Virus record (IMG/VR): IMGVR_UViG_3300029210_000011
Origin: a virus
Direction: 5' to 3' (one strand)
DNA: 64,000 nt
A program made the translations under genes and the position numbers. Positions 19,661 through 29,402 of this stretch are shown piece after piece. The notes below the pieces were generated by a model. That model was not told where the DNA came from. It worked only from the letters and a program-made list of their open reading frames with translations, and ran no database searches. The number at the start of each line of letters is the position of its first letter. Within the stretch, counting starts at the first letter, position 1.

Positions 19661-20286
19661 TTATTCATGTTATTAAAAAATTCAACCTTAACCTCATCTA
19701 TAGCTGTTTTGATATTGGCATAGGCACGTGCATTATTGGCGCCGATAGGATTATAAATTTCCGACTCTATTATATCCGAAAACTTTTTGACCCAATCCGT
19801 AGACATAAACTCACTGAGCCTTTTCCCGCGATGAATAAAGTTGCCGAGTTCAATACTCCGCTTCTTGATTATGGCATTACAACGCGTTTCTATTTTCCGT
19901 CTCGTTTTCTGCTTATCATCAATATTATTCTCATCGCGCACATTGCGGACCAGCCGGCACAGTCTTTCACAATCAAGGTCAAAGAAGTTGTTGCAAACCG
20001 AATTTATCTGCATCTGAGAAATAGGCTTCAATCCCTCGTTAATATCAGAAAGGACCTCATTTTGTGCTTTGGTTTCCACGAGCAAATCATTTATCACCTT
20101 TTCCTGCCTGGTTATCACATTATCCACCAAATGTTTGAACCATTTGAATATAAAGAACCACATTACACCGCATATAACCAAAAAGAAACCTGCGGCAACA
20201 GCCATCATTCCGAAATCACTAATCCCCTTACTTGTTTGAAGGGCTGCGTTTACAACTTCTGTACTCATCTTATCGTTATTTGTCAA
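19657..20286 (-). CDS. membrane-anchored protein in the lysis cassette (spanin/holin-associated?)
   Basis: N-terminal TM 'FGMMAVAAGFFLVICGVMWFFIF', then a coiled-coil region. Confidence 0.45.
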   Translation of the reverse strand: MTNNDKMSTEVVNAALQTSKGISDFGMMAVAAGFFLVICGVMWFFIFKWFKHLVDNVITRQEKVINDLLVETKAQNEVLSDINEGLKPISQMQINSVCNNFFDLDCERLCRLVRNVRDENNIDDKQKTRRKIETRCNAIIKKRSIELGNFIHRGKRLSEFMSTDWVKKFSDIIESEIYNPIGANNARAYANIKTAIDEVKVEFFNNMNK

Positions 20287-20365
20287 TTATTCATATCTTT
20301 GTGTCTCTTATCAAATAAGCGAACTACTGTCATTCCGTTTTGCTCGTGAGAGTAGGACGGGATTT

Positions 20366-20815
20366 TCATATCTTGCCGTAATAGCGGAACCACGCTCCCC
20401 ATTTACGTTCTTTCAAGTAGTTCGGGTTGTCCTGGTTGAATTTGGCTTCCATTTCAAATGCGCTTGCACGGTAAGCATTTTTATTGACCTCTCCGTCCCC
20501 AATCTTGTTGTCTGTGAACAAGTGATACACGAAGCTTACAAACCATTCTGCCAAATAAAGAATGTAGTAGAATAGCGGGATAAGTAACAACCACCACGCA
20601 CTGACATGGAATGCCAGCAATACGGACGGGATAGCCGCTATCTCCATACACTCGAAGAACTGTTTCTGATGTGTCCGTTCATGACGGATAGTCGTTTCGG
20701 ACAGTTCTTTCAGCTTCGTAAGGATGAAGCCGAAGAGCATGATTGTCGTGTAGCTGCCAAAGAGGATGAGTTTCGCTAATTTGTTGTTGTAGTAGATTGT
20801 TTTTATATACATCAT
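20366..20815 (-). CDS. polytopic membrane protein
   Basis: 149 aa with three or more hydrophobic helices. Confidence 0.5.
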   Translation of the reverse strand: MMYIKTIYYNNKLAKLILFGSYTTIMLFGFILTKLKELSETTIRHERTHQKQFFECMEIAAIPSVLLAFHVSAWWLLLIPLFYYILYLAEWFVSFVYHLFTDNKIGDGEVNKNAYRASAFEMEAKFNQDNPNYLKERKWGAWFRYYGKI

Positions 20816-20820
20816 CTTAT

Positions 20821-21312
20821 TTATTCATTATAATCAAAAATAAAAACCACATAATCTAAATCATCATAATCGTTCTCAGCAAAAGCACAAATACTACTTC
20901 CAGGTTGACATACACCTTCTTTAACGTCTAATTGCTGATTGCTTTCACCTACTAAATAATATTTATAAATTTCTAAAAATCTAACAGGGTCGTCAACATT
21001 TTCATTTTGTATATTAAAATTAATATTACTACCTACACCATTAGAATACCAATCTATTTTACCACTTTCAACAGTAGTTAACTGTCCACTTCTATATAGA
21101 CTAATATTATGTGAGCTAAGATTGGCTATTATTAACATTCTTTTCTTATATAACGTTTCAGTAGGCGGTAAATAAGTTAAAGCATCATATAATTTACTCC
21201 AATCAAATTCTTTGCCAGCAATAAGTTGATTTCCAATACGAATACTCGTATTACTTATACCTACTCTTACCCCCCCCCCCGTTAATATCTTTCGTATCTT
21301 TATCCATATCAA
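20821..21312 (-). CDS. AT-rich ORF with an in-frame G11 tract near its 5' end (tail-fibre-associated)
   Basis: 'MIWIKIRKILTGGGVRVGISNTS...'; homopolymer at + coordinates ~21270-21280. Confidence 0.5.
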   Translation of the reverse strand: MIWIKIRKILTGGGVRVGISNTSIRIGNQLIAGKEFDWSKLYDALTYLPPTETLYKKRMLIIANLSSHNISLYRSGQLTTVESGKIDWYSNGVGSNINFNIQNENVDDPVRFLEIYKYYLVGESNQQLDVKEGVCQPGSSICAFAENDYDDLDYVVFIFDYNE

Positions 21313-21329
21313 TTATATTTATTCTTTTA

Positions 21330-21699
21330 TTACTAAAACTAAATAAGAACCATAACCAGTAAAATTAAATAATACATCATTTGCCTTTGCTGTAATAGTA
21401 TCATTAGCTTCTCCATTATCAGTATCGCCAAAACGAAAATCATATATAATATCTGTATTAGTAGATATTTTCCAATTGGAATAATTATATAAAAAGGAAA
21501 TACTATTTGAAGCAACATTAACTGTATTATTATCTATATTAAAAGATTTAGTTTCTTGCGAATTATTAACTATAATACACGCAGAACCAGGGTCATTAAA
21601 GAAACCATCTTCATAATTAACTGTTACCCCCCCCCTAATATCTCAGTATTACCAATAAACAATCCTGCATTATTAGAACCAACTTTTAAATTACTATCC
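21330..21699 (-). other. ORF interrupted by a G9 tract (candidate phase-variable or frameshifted gene)
   Basis: The leader 'MDSNLKVGSNNAGLFIGNTEILGGG*' stops right after the tract; the +1 frame continues for ~95 codons ('VTVNYEDGFFNDPGSAC...LVLVIKE'). Confidence 0.4.
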
Positions 21700-21713
21700 A
21701 TATCTTTAAGTTT

Positions 21714-22712
21714 TTATTCAATTACAGCATACATTGTAGAATTATCTTTAGTACCGATACTATCATATTCAGTTTTAGTACGTTTAACAACTCTTTGTAG
21801 ATTATCGGAAGTGAGTATATCTTCTATAGAGGCAGCGCAGTCTTCATCATTGGGCATTAGTTTAAATCCCATACGCTTGGAAACAGGACCGTTATTAATA
21901 TAATAACTGATATTGCATTGCAAGTTATATTCTTCAGTTTCAGTGTTGTGAAAAGAGTAAATGCTACTAAGTTCAATACAATTATCTTTGCTATTATAAC
22001 TGTGAAAATAATACTTGGTGTGGTTCGCTATAATATCCTGAATTATTTCTTTCAGATTATCAACCGAACCAAAGATGGTGTTTATAAGGTCTATTGCTTC
22101 CCTGTCTTTTTCGTTTTTATTGGTAATAAGATAAGTGCCCACAGAAACGTTAATAACCTTACCATAATTGATATTATCCGCATACTTCTTCGTTGCAGGC
22201 TGATAGTCCGAGGTTGGGGTGAAACTTTCACTGTTGGTTTTGGTGAGGACGTCGGATTTTTCAGGAACTTCCGCCCAATTCCCATTTTTACGACCGTATG
22301 CCTTTCCATCAGTTGGCGCTTCTTCTATGCCGCCTATCTTACCCTGGCTTACCCATTCACCGTTCACCCATGCGTAGTAATCATAAGGGGCTTCCGTGCC
22401 TACAGCCATAAACCCGTCAACTGCCGAACCATCGGGAACAGCGGATTTCAAGGCTTCAAGGGTATCGTATTCGCCAGCCACACGGAAAGAGCTTCCCGGT
22501 TCGCCTTGTATACCTGGCTCGCCTTTTTCTCCTTTCAAAAATTCTAAAGGATAATTGACCACAGAAGCTTCACTGTTGCTTCCTGAAGGTTTAAATGCAG
22601 GCAATGGCGTTACATCATCCGCTTTGTCCGCATTCGGTACTTCATTAACCCCTATGGAGTTAGCCATAAGACGGGCAACTATTTCTTGATAATCCTGTTC
22701 TGTCCAAGCCAT
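21714..22712 (-). CDS. tail fibre protein with collagen-like N-terminal segment
   Basis: 'GEKGEPGIQGEPG' collagen-like triplets; 'DYYAWVNGEWV'; the C-terminal half is markedly AT-rich (mosaic). Confidence 0.7.
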   Translation of the reverse strand: MAWTEQDYQEIVARLMANSIGVNEVPNADKADDVTPLPAFKPSGSNSEASVVNYPLEFLKGEKGEPGIQGEPGSSFRVAGEYDTLEALKSAVPDGSAVDGFMAVGTEAPYDYYAWVNGEWVSQGKIGGIEEAPTDGKAYGRKNGNWAEVPEKSDVLTKTNSESFTPTSDYQPATKKYADNINYGKVINVSVGTYLITNKNEKDREAIDLINTIFGSVDNLKEIIQDIIANHTKYYFHSYNSKDNCIELSSIYSFHNTETEEYNLQCNISYYINNGPVSKRMGFKLMPNDEDCAASIEDILTSDNLQRVVKRTKTEYDSIGTKDNSTMYAVIE

Positions 22713-22714
22713 AA

Positions 22715-23011
22715 TTATTCCTGTTTATCGGTTGCTTCTTCCGGTTGATTGTTGATAGCACGATTGAGCGCGTCAATGAAGAAAGGTTTGCAAAAAGTAT
22801 TTGCATGTTCTTGTATCAGGGATACTTCTTCATCGGTATACTCTGTCTCTTCATTGGAGTTGTATATCTTCAAAGCGAGTGCATGCGATGCGATACCGTT
22901 ACCGTTCCGGTATAATACATTCGCAAAATTCTCTCTACAATCTATATTTTCACAATGCTTACGGGTAATGTCCGTAGCAATCAGTAATTGTTTAAAATTT
23001 ATCTTTTTCAT
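22715..23011 (-). CDS. hypothetical tail-associated protein
   Basis: 98 aa between the large tail protein and the fibre. Confidence 0.5.
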   Translation of the reverse strand: MKKINFKQLLIATDITRKHCENIDCRENFANVLYRNGNGIASHALALKIYNSNEETEYTDEEVSLIQEHANTFCKPFFIDALNRAINNQPEEATDKQE

Positions 23012-23029
23012 GAGCTATAATTATTAGTA

Positions 23030-26000
23030 TTATCCACAGAAAAAACGAACCCAATAACTGCCGTCAAAAACGAAAAAGCAGGATACTTGATTGATGGAAG
23101 TAGCAGTGGTTGTGCCTCTGTTATTGGGATTCATCAGAGGTCCTTTCACTGAAACATTGCGGTTCAACTGGTTCTTCAAATATACAATCCGGCCCGTAAC
23201 AGCCGACCTTGGAAGAAACAGGGTAGGGTCAAAGCCTATATTCGGTCCTCCATATATGATAATATCATCGGTATCACTGACTGTATAGCTCTGTGGGACA
23301 GAAATTATACTGCTGCCTAAATTGCGGACGCCCGCAGCAAATCCGGAAGCCTGCAATCTGTTTATTCTTACCGATTCACCGCTCCTGGCATTTAATTCTA
23401 CATTGCCCAATGCTTCTATTGCACAAGTATCATATCCAGCCTGAGCTATTACTCTTACACCGATTGAATGGTCACCGTAGGCACTCAGACTAAGTGCCGT
23501 AATCCCATCTCCACGAATACCGCACATTGCCCCGGAAGAGACATTCACTTCAAAAAATTTTCCACCATTCTTGCCTATCCTCAATGTCGCAGTCGGATTA
23601 TCCTTTTCGTTTTCAAGTCCTCTGCCGGTTATTTTGAATGCACCGATATACCCGCTATCTGCTGTTATATCTCCCGTAAAAGAGCCATTATGACATTCGA
23701 TAGAGCCATCTTCGTGTATCTTGATATTTCCATTGGCGGTAATTATACCTTCCAACTTAATATGTTGCGACTTTAACGTTATACTTTCCGCCGACACATT
23801 AAACAAGGACGAAGCTTTTACTCCATTTTCAAACTCCGCAGCAGCCCAAATCTTGACACCATCCGCAGTGGTTAACCATCCCGCGCTTTTGCTTTCAAGA
23901 TTGGATGTTCTTTTTGCCACAGCTTCAATCTTTTCATTAGTTTGGCTTAGCTGGGTTTCAAACTTTGTTATCATATCCTCGTAGGCATTATCGGTCAATG
24001 CCAGCGAATGTATGTATATATCCCCCGTAAACTTCAACTCAAAATCGCCCGTTCCGTCCCATGTGCCGGAATACTCCTTCATTGCGTATTCCTCACTCGG
24101 TTCAAGACGTTCGGTGAAATGCAGGTTCTGACCGGGAAATCCTATTGTCAGCGTTCCGGCTGTAGCTACCTTATACCGGAAAGAGATAAAGAACTTTCCC
24201 GGTTCTTCCCCTTCCTCATAGGTCGGTTTATTGGCTAAATCTGCATTGGACTGTTTAATTCCGGAAGAAAGAATACGAAGCACGTTTCTATCCCCGTCTC
24301 TGATAATGGCAGCCATAGCGTCCTTACGGGAATAGAACTCCCCATTCACTAATAAGAACTTTCCGTTCACGGTGAAGAAATGAACATCGTTCTTTGTCTC
24401 CCAACCGTTCGTATTGCTTGCAAATGATGCGTTATACAGATAATTATCCTTTGCCTGCACCTCGTCAAGCACTTTGGAGATTTCAGAGTAAATCAAATCT
24501 TCCAATATCTTGAACTGGGTCATAATGTTTATTCCCGTTTTCAAGATAAAGTCTCCCATGAACTTGTTGCCTTGCGGACTGATAACCGTCACTTCCTTGC
24601 CTGCTAAAGAATAGGAATCTATCCCGGCATACTGATGGATACTCGGTGCATCATCGCCATACACGGACAAGGTGATTGCGTTCTGACGCTTCTTGTCTGT
24701 TCTGTTTCCGAGCTGTACAAGGCTATCGCCTTCCTGTGGTATGTCGCTGTTTGCATCACAGTCCGTCTTGCTAAGGTCTATGTAATCCTCACCAACGCCG
24801 ACACATAAGCGCCAATAGTAACGGTTGGATACATTCTCGTAGATACCCGGCTTGATATTGAAGTCTTGAAAACGTATCTGGTCGCCTTCCTTGAACGGGT
24901 TCTCGATAGCCGTTTCTCCATCATCCACCAAAAGATAGCAACGCCAAAAATCCTCGTGTTCTTCCACCTTTCCGCATTTCATTCCGGCAGCGGTGAACAT
25001 GTAGTTTCCGCCTGCATAAGAGAGCTTCTTTATCTCCAACTCGGAGAACATCGCCTTAATACGCACAAAGAGTTCGTCCACTTCAATGTAGGATTTACCC
25101 GTCTTGCTGTCTACTTTAATGACAAAGCCTTCACCGAGAGCACCGGAAGAAAAATTCATGGACTGGATGTAGTCTGAAAATAATCCGCCTAAGAACTTTA
25201 TTAAATAGCTGGTTTGGTCAGGTTTGGTTTTATTCAAAAACAGCTTTTCTCCAAAGGCTTTAATGATTGATTCCACTTGTTGGGTAGTTAATCCTCCACC
25301 GCCTTGCCCGCCTACAATTGAGTCTATCTGATTCTGTATCTTTTCTAAAGTTCCTACCGCTTTGTCATTGCGAAGGGTAATATCATACGTTGGGATGAGA
25401 GCGTCTCCTTCCTTTATTGTAAGGCTGTCAATAATAATGCTCCCGTTGATGTTTAAGTCTTCATCCTCGAACAACATTAAATCACCTTCCTTTATACTGT
25501 CATGCAGTTCCGGGTGACGCGCCATAAATATTTCATCTACTTTAGGCTCGTAAGTATATCTTACATAATCATTTTTTGCAAGATATTCTTTAGAAGCTGT
25601 TAGCAATCTTTGGGAAGCAGCTTTTATATACACATCCGGCATATCAATACCCAAAAGCACAAATTTATCTCCGGCTTTGATAGTAAAATCCTTATATGGG
25701 AAATAAAGATTCAGCCCTTCATCATAGACTCTGTTGCATGTCAAGACCCACATGTCACCTTGTTTTACGGGCTTGTCTGCATCTCCAAGTATTTCAAATT
25801 CACGCCCACCACACATTCCGCTTTTCATGGATATGGTGGCGGTTTCCCCTGTTAGATAATCGTTTATGTCAAATCCAATGTCTTTGAGATATATTTTGAA
25901 CGGTGGGATGGTTTCCCCTTCTTCAAAGTAACCATCATCCGCGATTGGCGTATTATCCTTATTCACTGAATCGGAAGCGATTTCATCCAACGCTCCGGTA

Positions 26001-27259
26001 GCATTTACGATTATTCCCGCGTCTTTCAACTGCTGTGCCGTCATTCCTTCCATAGACGGATATATTTCCGGCAAAGAAGTATCGCTCCCGTCAAAGAAAA
26101 CCGAACCTTCCCGAACTCCGATAATATCTATGTTTTTACTATCAAGGTATGGGTCAAGTGTCTTTTCCGGAAAATCAGGAAGCATCAAGTTTTTAACAGC
26201 CATATTATTGGGGACTAATGCTCCAGAAGGTCTTTTGTACTTTCTTGGAACATTGTCCGTCTCAATGCCTTTTTCTATCCGCATCTTTGCGCCTATGCGG
26301 ACGTTGTCCTTGTCGGCTTCGCTATTCAACAAAACGTAGCATTTCCCAAGAAAGCTGCCTCTTCTTATTTTATAAGAATGCCCATTGATTGTCACATCAT
26401 ACAATGCTGTGTCGGATAGGAATTTCATATAAAAAGGAAGAGTCACAACAGCGCCGTCTATCAAATGTGTATTAGGGTCATATCCGTAAGATACATCCTC
26501 GATGGGAGCTTCGACAATAGGACTTCCATATGTTGTATAATAGTTGTACGGTAAGTTTTTGGTACCACCATATGCTCTTAGGCGGGTAATTATCTTCTGT
26601 GACGAGTCCGCGGTTTTTTGTATGGAGTACAGCCCTTTTCCCTTTCCATACCCGAACATGTTTCCTACTGCAATTCCGGCAGTGCCTATTGTTATCGTTC
26701 GTCCTCTTATGATAAAATTTGCCTTAAACTCGCTATTTACCAAAGCAAGTGCGTCCCAAACGTTTATACTGCTTATTGATATGGATTTGTTAGTCTCATT
26801 AACATATTCGGGATGCACCGTAACCGTCCATTTTTGCTCTCCTTTATAGATACGGTCAAGGTTCACCTGTATTCTTTCTGCGAGAGCATTTATGCTTTCA
26901 GCGTAAAAACTGAATGTAGGTAGGGAAGAGTAGTGAATTAAGTTATCCTCTTTTACATAGTCCAGGAATTCGCATCTTGTCAGTTCATCTGCAAGAGAGT
27001 TGAAAACTACGTTCTCATATTTGAAAGCCTCTCCGTATGTATTTTTGGAGGCTTGCTTCAATTCAGTAGGGTCGTAGTTTATTTCAAATCTTTCTCCGCG
27101 GTATATCAGATAGTCCCCGACTGTAAAATCAATCGGAGTGGGGGACGTAACGGTAATGTTAACGGAACAAGCTCCCATGAACTCTCCGTTATACTCTAAC
27201 TTGTTAGCGACACATCGTTGCGTCTGCCCGTCTTTGCTGTATATTATAAACCGTCCCAT
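23030..27259 (-). CDS. large tail protein (Tal/host-specificity-like, 1409 aa)
   Basis: Size, position after the Dit-like gene, Gly-rich stretch 'GGQGGGG', C-terminal beta-rich region. Confidence 0.75.
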   Translation of the reverse strand: MGRFIIYSKDGQTQRCVANKLEYNGEFMGACSVNITVTSPTPIDFTVGDYLIYRGERFEINYDPTELKQASKNTYGEAFKYENVVFNSLADELTRCEFLDYVKEDNLIHYSSLPTFSFYAESINALAERIQVNLDRIYKGEQKWTVTVHPEYVNETNKSISISSINVWDALALVNSEFKANFIIRGRTITIGTAGIAVGNMFGYGKGKGLYSIQKTADSSQKIITRLRAYGGTKNLPYNYYTTYGSPIVEAPIEDVSYGYDPNTHLIDGAVVTLPFYMKFLSDTALYDVTINGHSYKIRRGSFLGKCYVLLNSEADKDNVRIGAKMRIEKGIETDNVPRKYKRPSGALVPNNMAVKNLMLPDFPEKTLDPYLDSKNIDIIGVREGSVFFDGSDTSLPEIYPSMEGMTAQQLKDAGIIVNATGALDEIASDSVNKDNTPIADDGYFEEGETIPPFKIYLKDIGFDINDYLTGETATISMKSGMCGGREFEILGDADKPVKQGDMWVLTCNRVYDEGLNLYFPYKDFTIKAGDKFVLLGIDMPDVYIKAASQRLLTASKEYLAKNDYVRYTYEPKVDEIFMARHPELHDSIKEGDLMLFEDEDLNINGSIIIDSLTIKEGDALIPTYDITLRNDKAVGTLEKIQNQIDSIVGGQGGGGLTTQQVESIIKAFGEKLFLNKTKPDQTSYLIKFLGGLFSDYIQSMNFSSGALGEGFVIKVDSKTGKSYIEVDELFVRIKAMFSELEIKKLSYAGGNYMFTAAGMKCGKVEEHEDFWRCYLLVDDGETAIENPFKEGDQIRFQDFNIKPGIYENVSNRYYWRLCVGVGEDYIDLSKTDCDANSDIPQEGDSLVQLGNRTDKKRQNAITLSVYGDDAPSIHQYAGIDSYSLAGKEVTVISPQGNKFMGDFILKTGINIMTQFKILEDLIYSEISKVLDEVQAKDNYLYNASFASNTNGWETKNDVHFFTVNGKFLLVNGEFYSRKDAMAAIIRDGDRNVLRILSSGIKQSNADLANKPTYEEGEEPGKFFISFRYKVATAGTLTIGFPGQNLHFTERLEPSEEYAMKEYSGTWDGTGDFELKFTGDIYIHSLALTDNAYEDMITKFETQLSQTNEKIEAVAKRTSNLESKSAGWLTTADGVKIWAAAEFENGVKASSLFNVSAESITLKSQHIKLEGIITANGNIKIHEDGSIECHNGSFTGDITADSGYIGAFKITGRGLENEKDNPTATLRIGKNGGKFFEVNVSSGAMCGIRGDGITALSLSAYGDHSIGVRVIAQAGYDTCAIEALGNVELNARSGESVRINRLQASGFAAGVRNLGSSIISVPQSYTVSDTDDIIIYGGPNIGFDPTLFLPRSAVTGRIVYLKNQLNRNVSVKGPLMNPNNRGTTTATSINQVSCFFVFDGSYWVRFFCG

Positions 27260-27729
27260 TATGCCGTAAGAATAATTTGTGTTTTAGGGTCGGTTACCCG
27301 AAATGTAATGTTGAAAGTTACGACATCTCCCTCATCTGTCTTGCGGACAAAAAGGTCGGATTTTATAGATTTAAAATAAACCCCCTGCCTGCCTATTTGG
27401 GTATAGGTGTCATAAACCTTTAACTCTGTTCCGTAACCGTCTTTTCCTATCAGATAGTCCAGGAAGGCGACAATTTTTTCATTGGCTGTTCCCATATCAC
27501 CTTTATAGGCAAACTCTACTTCTATATCATAGGCTTGTACGTAGAGTTCTTCGGGGAAAAAGGTGTCTTCTCCGTCTTGGTCTATCCAGTTCCTTTTGGG
27601 CAAATCCTTAATATCTCCATATACAGTAAAAGGGAAGTCCTTGCACACAATCCCCCATTGGGATTTGGTGTCAATAACAGGACTCCCCAGCTTACTTTTC
27701 TGAAAATAGATACTGTAAGGCTTTGCCAT
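27259..27729 (-). CDS. distal tail protein (Dit)-like
   Basis: 156 aa; start overlaps the stop of the downstream giant gene; placement follows the siphovirus convention. Confidence 0.45.
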   Translation of the reverse strand: MAKPYSIYFQKSKLGSPVIDTKSQWGIVCKDFPFTVYGDIKDLPKRNWIDQDGEDTFFPEELYVQAYDIEVEFAYKGDMGTANEKIVAFLDYLIGKDGYGTELKVYDTYTQIGRQGVYFKSIKSDLFVRKTDEGDVVTFNITFRVTDPKTQIILTA

Positions 27730-27909
27730 GTGTTATTTTGAGTTTGTGTTGTAAAAACAAAAAGAGCCAATCAACGGCATGCCCGTTAATCAGCTCTTTG
27801 GCTTGTTATATCAATACTGCAAATATATGGTGTATTTTCTAAATAATCAAGTAAAAGGTTAGAAAATTGATATAGTTATCCGGCTTACATTATATTTGCA
27901 ATAAATACT

Positions 27910-28083
27910 ACCTTTCGGGTGATACGATTTTCATGTAGGGGTTCTTTATCCGCTTCTCCTTGAGTTTCTTTTCAAGTTCTTCCATCTTTTCATACATCAG
28001 TTCAATATCTTCGGATAGGCGCAATAATTGAAGTTTGAGGAGCTTGTTCTCTTTCTGCAAGTTATATATCTTTTCTTCCATGA
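27910..28083 (-). CDS. small coiled-coil protein (hand-derived, 57 aa)
   Basis: 'MEEKIYNLQKENKLLKLQLLRLSEDIELMYEKMEELEKKL...'; paralogue of ORF 56836..57096. Confidence 0.35.
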
Positions 28084-28271
28084 TGAATATTTGTTTTAGT
28101 CGTTATTCCTGCCACCTGCCCGCCAGCCGTATTACTGGCGGGGCATCATAACGTGAACGTTGGTCGAAACCTCAACGTGCATCTATGCTTGTTTACGTGG
28201 CAATATATTTTTTGGTATAGTTGTGGCTGTCGGGCATTGGAACCGACTGCCGGATGATTAAAATAGCGTGA

Positions 28272-28589
28272 TTAGTATTTCTTCATGCAGCTAACGAATA
28301 AGGCTATGATAGATATAAGTACACCTGCAATGGCAAATATCAAATTCCAATTGATAGGATTGTGTAAGTTGGGGTTAACGGCAAGATAGTGCTTACCCTC
28401 TTCGGTGAGTTTGACATTCCATACATGACCGCCAACTACATAATTAGCCTTCACCAATCCTTTTCTTTCAATAGAACGGATGGAAGCAGTAAATACATGC
28501 TTCGGGTATGTTGCCGGGCATTCTCCGCCAAACTCTGCAACAATCCGAAATGCTTGTTTCTCTTCCTTTGACAACCTTATCCGTTCCAT
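28272..28589 (-). CDS. hypothetical protein with C-terminal TM anchor
   Basis: 105 aa. Confidence 0.45.
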   Translation of the reverse strand: MERIRLSKEEKQAFRIVAEFGGECPATYPKHVFTASIRSIERKGLVKANYVVGGHVWNVKLTEEGKHYLAVNPNLHNPINWNLIFAIAGVLISIIALFVSCMKKY

Positions 28590-28649
28590 AACCTACTCGT
28601 TTTCTGCAAATTTACTAAATACTACGCAAATATGTGTTGTTGTGCTATA

Positions 28650-29087
28650 CTATTTTATAGGCGAAATCTTTCTGTCAGAAGGCTTTCCGCCAAATAGATG
28701 GTTGATGTAGGCAAGACCTTTTGGTTTGCAAAACACCTTTTGGCATAATATGTCTGGGTGGTTGTCTCTGCGTATTGGCGGCAACAGCGTCATTTCAAAG
28801 TAGCCTGCGTCAATATATTTTTGTTTCGGCTCGTTTCGGTCTTTGAAGAATATACCCGCATCCCTTAGCTTCCCGAAAAGGGTGTTTCTCCCAAAACCGA
28901 GATTGAGCATCTTTGCGGCTTGACCTATGTCTACTTTGCCCTCTGCTTTGAAAGCGGCTTCGGCAAAATCGGCTTTAGGCTGGAGTTTGGTAATCTTTGC
29001 ATCTTTCTGCTCGATTTGCTTTTGTTGCTGCTCTGTTTCAATACGGAGTTGTTCCTTTTCCTTTTCAGAAGCTACTAACGCTTCCAA
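28650..29087 (-). CDS. antirepressor C-terminal (KilAC-like) domain ORF
   Basis: 'IGQAAKMLNLGFGRNTLFGKLRDAGIFF' resembles KilA-C/ANT. Separated from the Rha N-terminal ORF by a stop or frameshift. Confidence 0.5.
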   Translation of the reverse strand: MEALVASEKEKEQLRIETEQQQKQIEQKDAKITKLQPKADFAEAAFKAEGKVDIGQAAKMLNLGFGRNTLFGKLRDAGIFFKDRNEPKQKYIDAGYFEMTLLPPIRRDNHPDILCQKVFCKPKGLAYINHLFGGKPSDRKISPIK

Positions 29088-29155
29088 TGCCTCAAGATAA
29101 GTTTGTGGAGTCTTGATAACTTTTTTCTCATTTTCGAGGTATTCTAAACGGTTGA

Positions 29156-29401
29156 TTATTCTTTCACGCAGAACCGCATCATAACCTGATGCAAGAATAA
29201 GACAGCCTTAGGAGTGAGATTAAAAAGAGGTCTTTTTTGACCGTTAGCGTCTGTGTATGACCCCAATCCAAAATTGGATGCGGATACACCTTGCGATAAT
29301 AGGCTGCGAATGTCGCGCATTACATGGGCATGTTGTTTACTCGTAACCTCTGCAATTTCAAGAGAGGTCATACCTTTCTGATTTGGGATTAAGTTTTCCA
29401 T
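29156..29401 (-). CDS. Rha-family phage regulatory protein, N-terminal domain ORF
   Basis: 'MTSLEIAEVTSKQHAHVMRDIRSL' matches the Phage_pRha signature. Confidence 0.6.
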   Translation of the reverse strand: MENLIPNQKGMTSLEIAEVTSKQHAHVMRDIRSLLSQGVSASNFGLGSYTDANGQKRPLFNLTPKAVLFLHQVMMRFCVKE

Positions 29402-29402
29402 A

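Noticed and set aside
23030-27259. Looked for a diversity-generating retroelement (reverse transcriptase plus template/variable repeat) associated with the large tail protein or the fibres.
   Set aside because: No ORF with RT motifs (no YxDD-containing RT-like protein) anywhere in the window, and no obvious ~100-bp near-repeat pair. The 27-bp coding array at 63725 is tandem, not a template/variable repeat pair.
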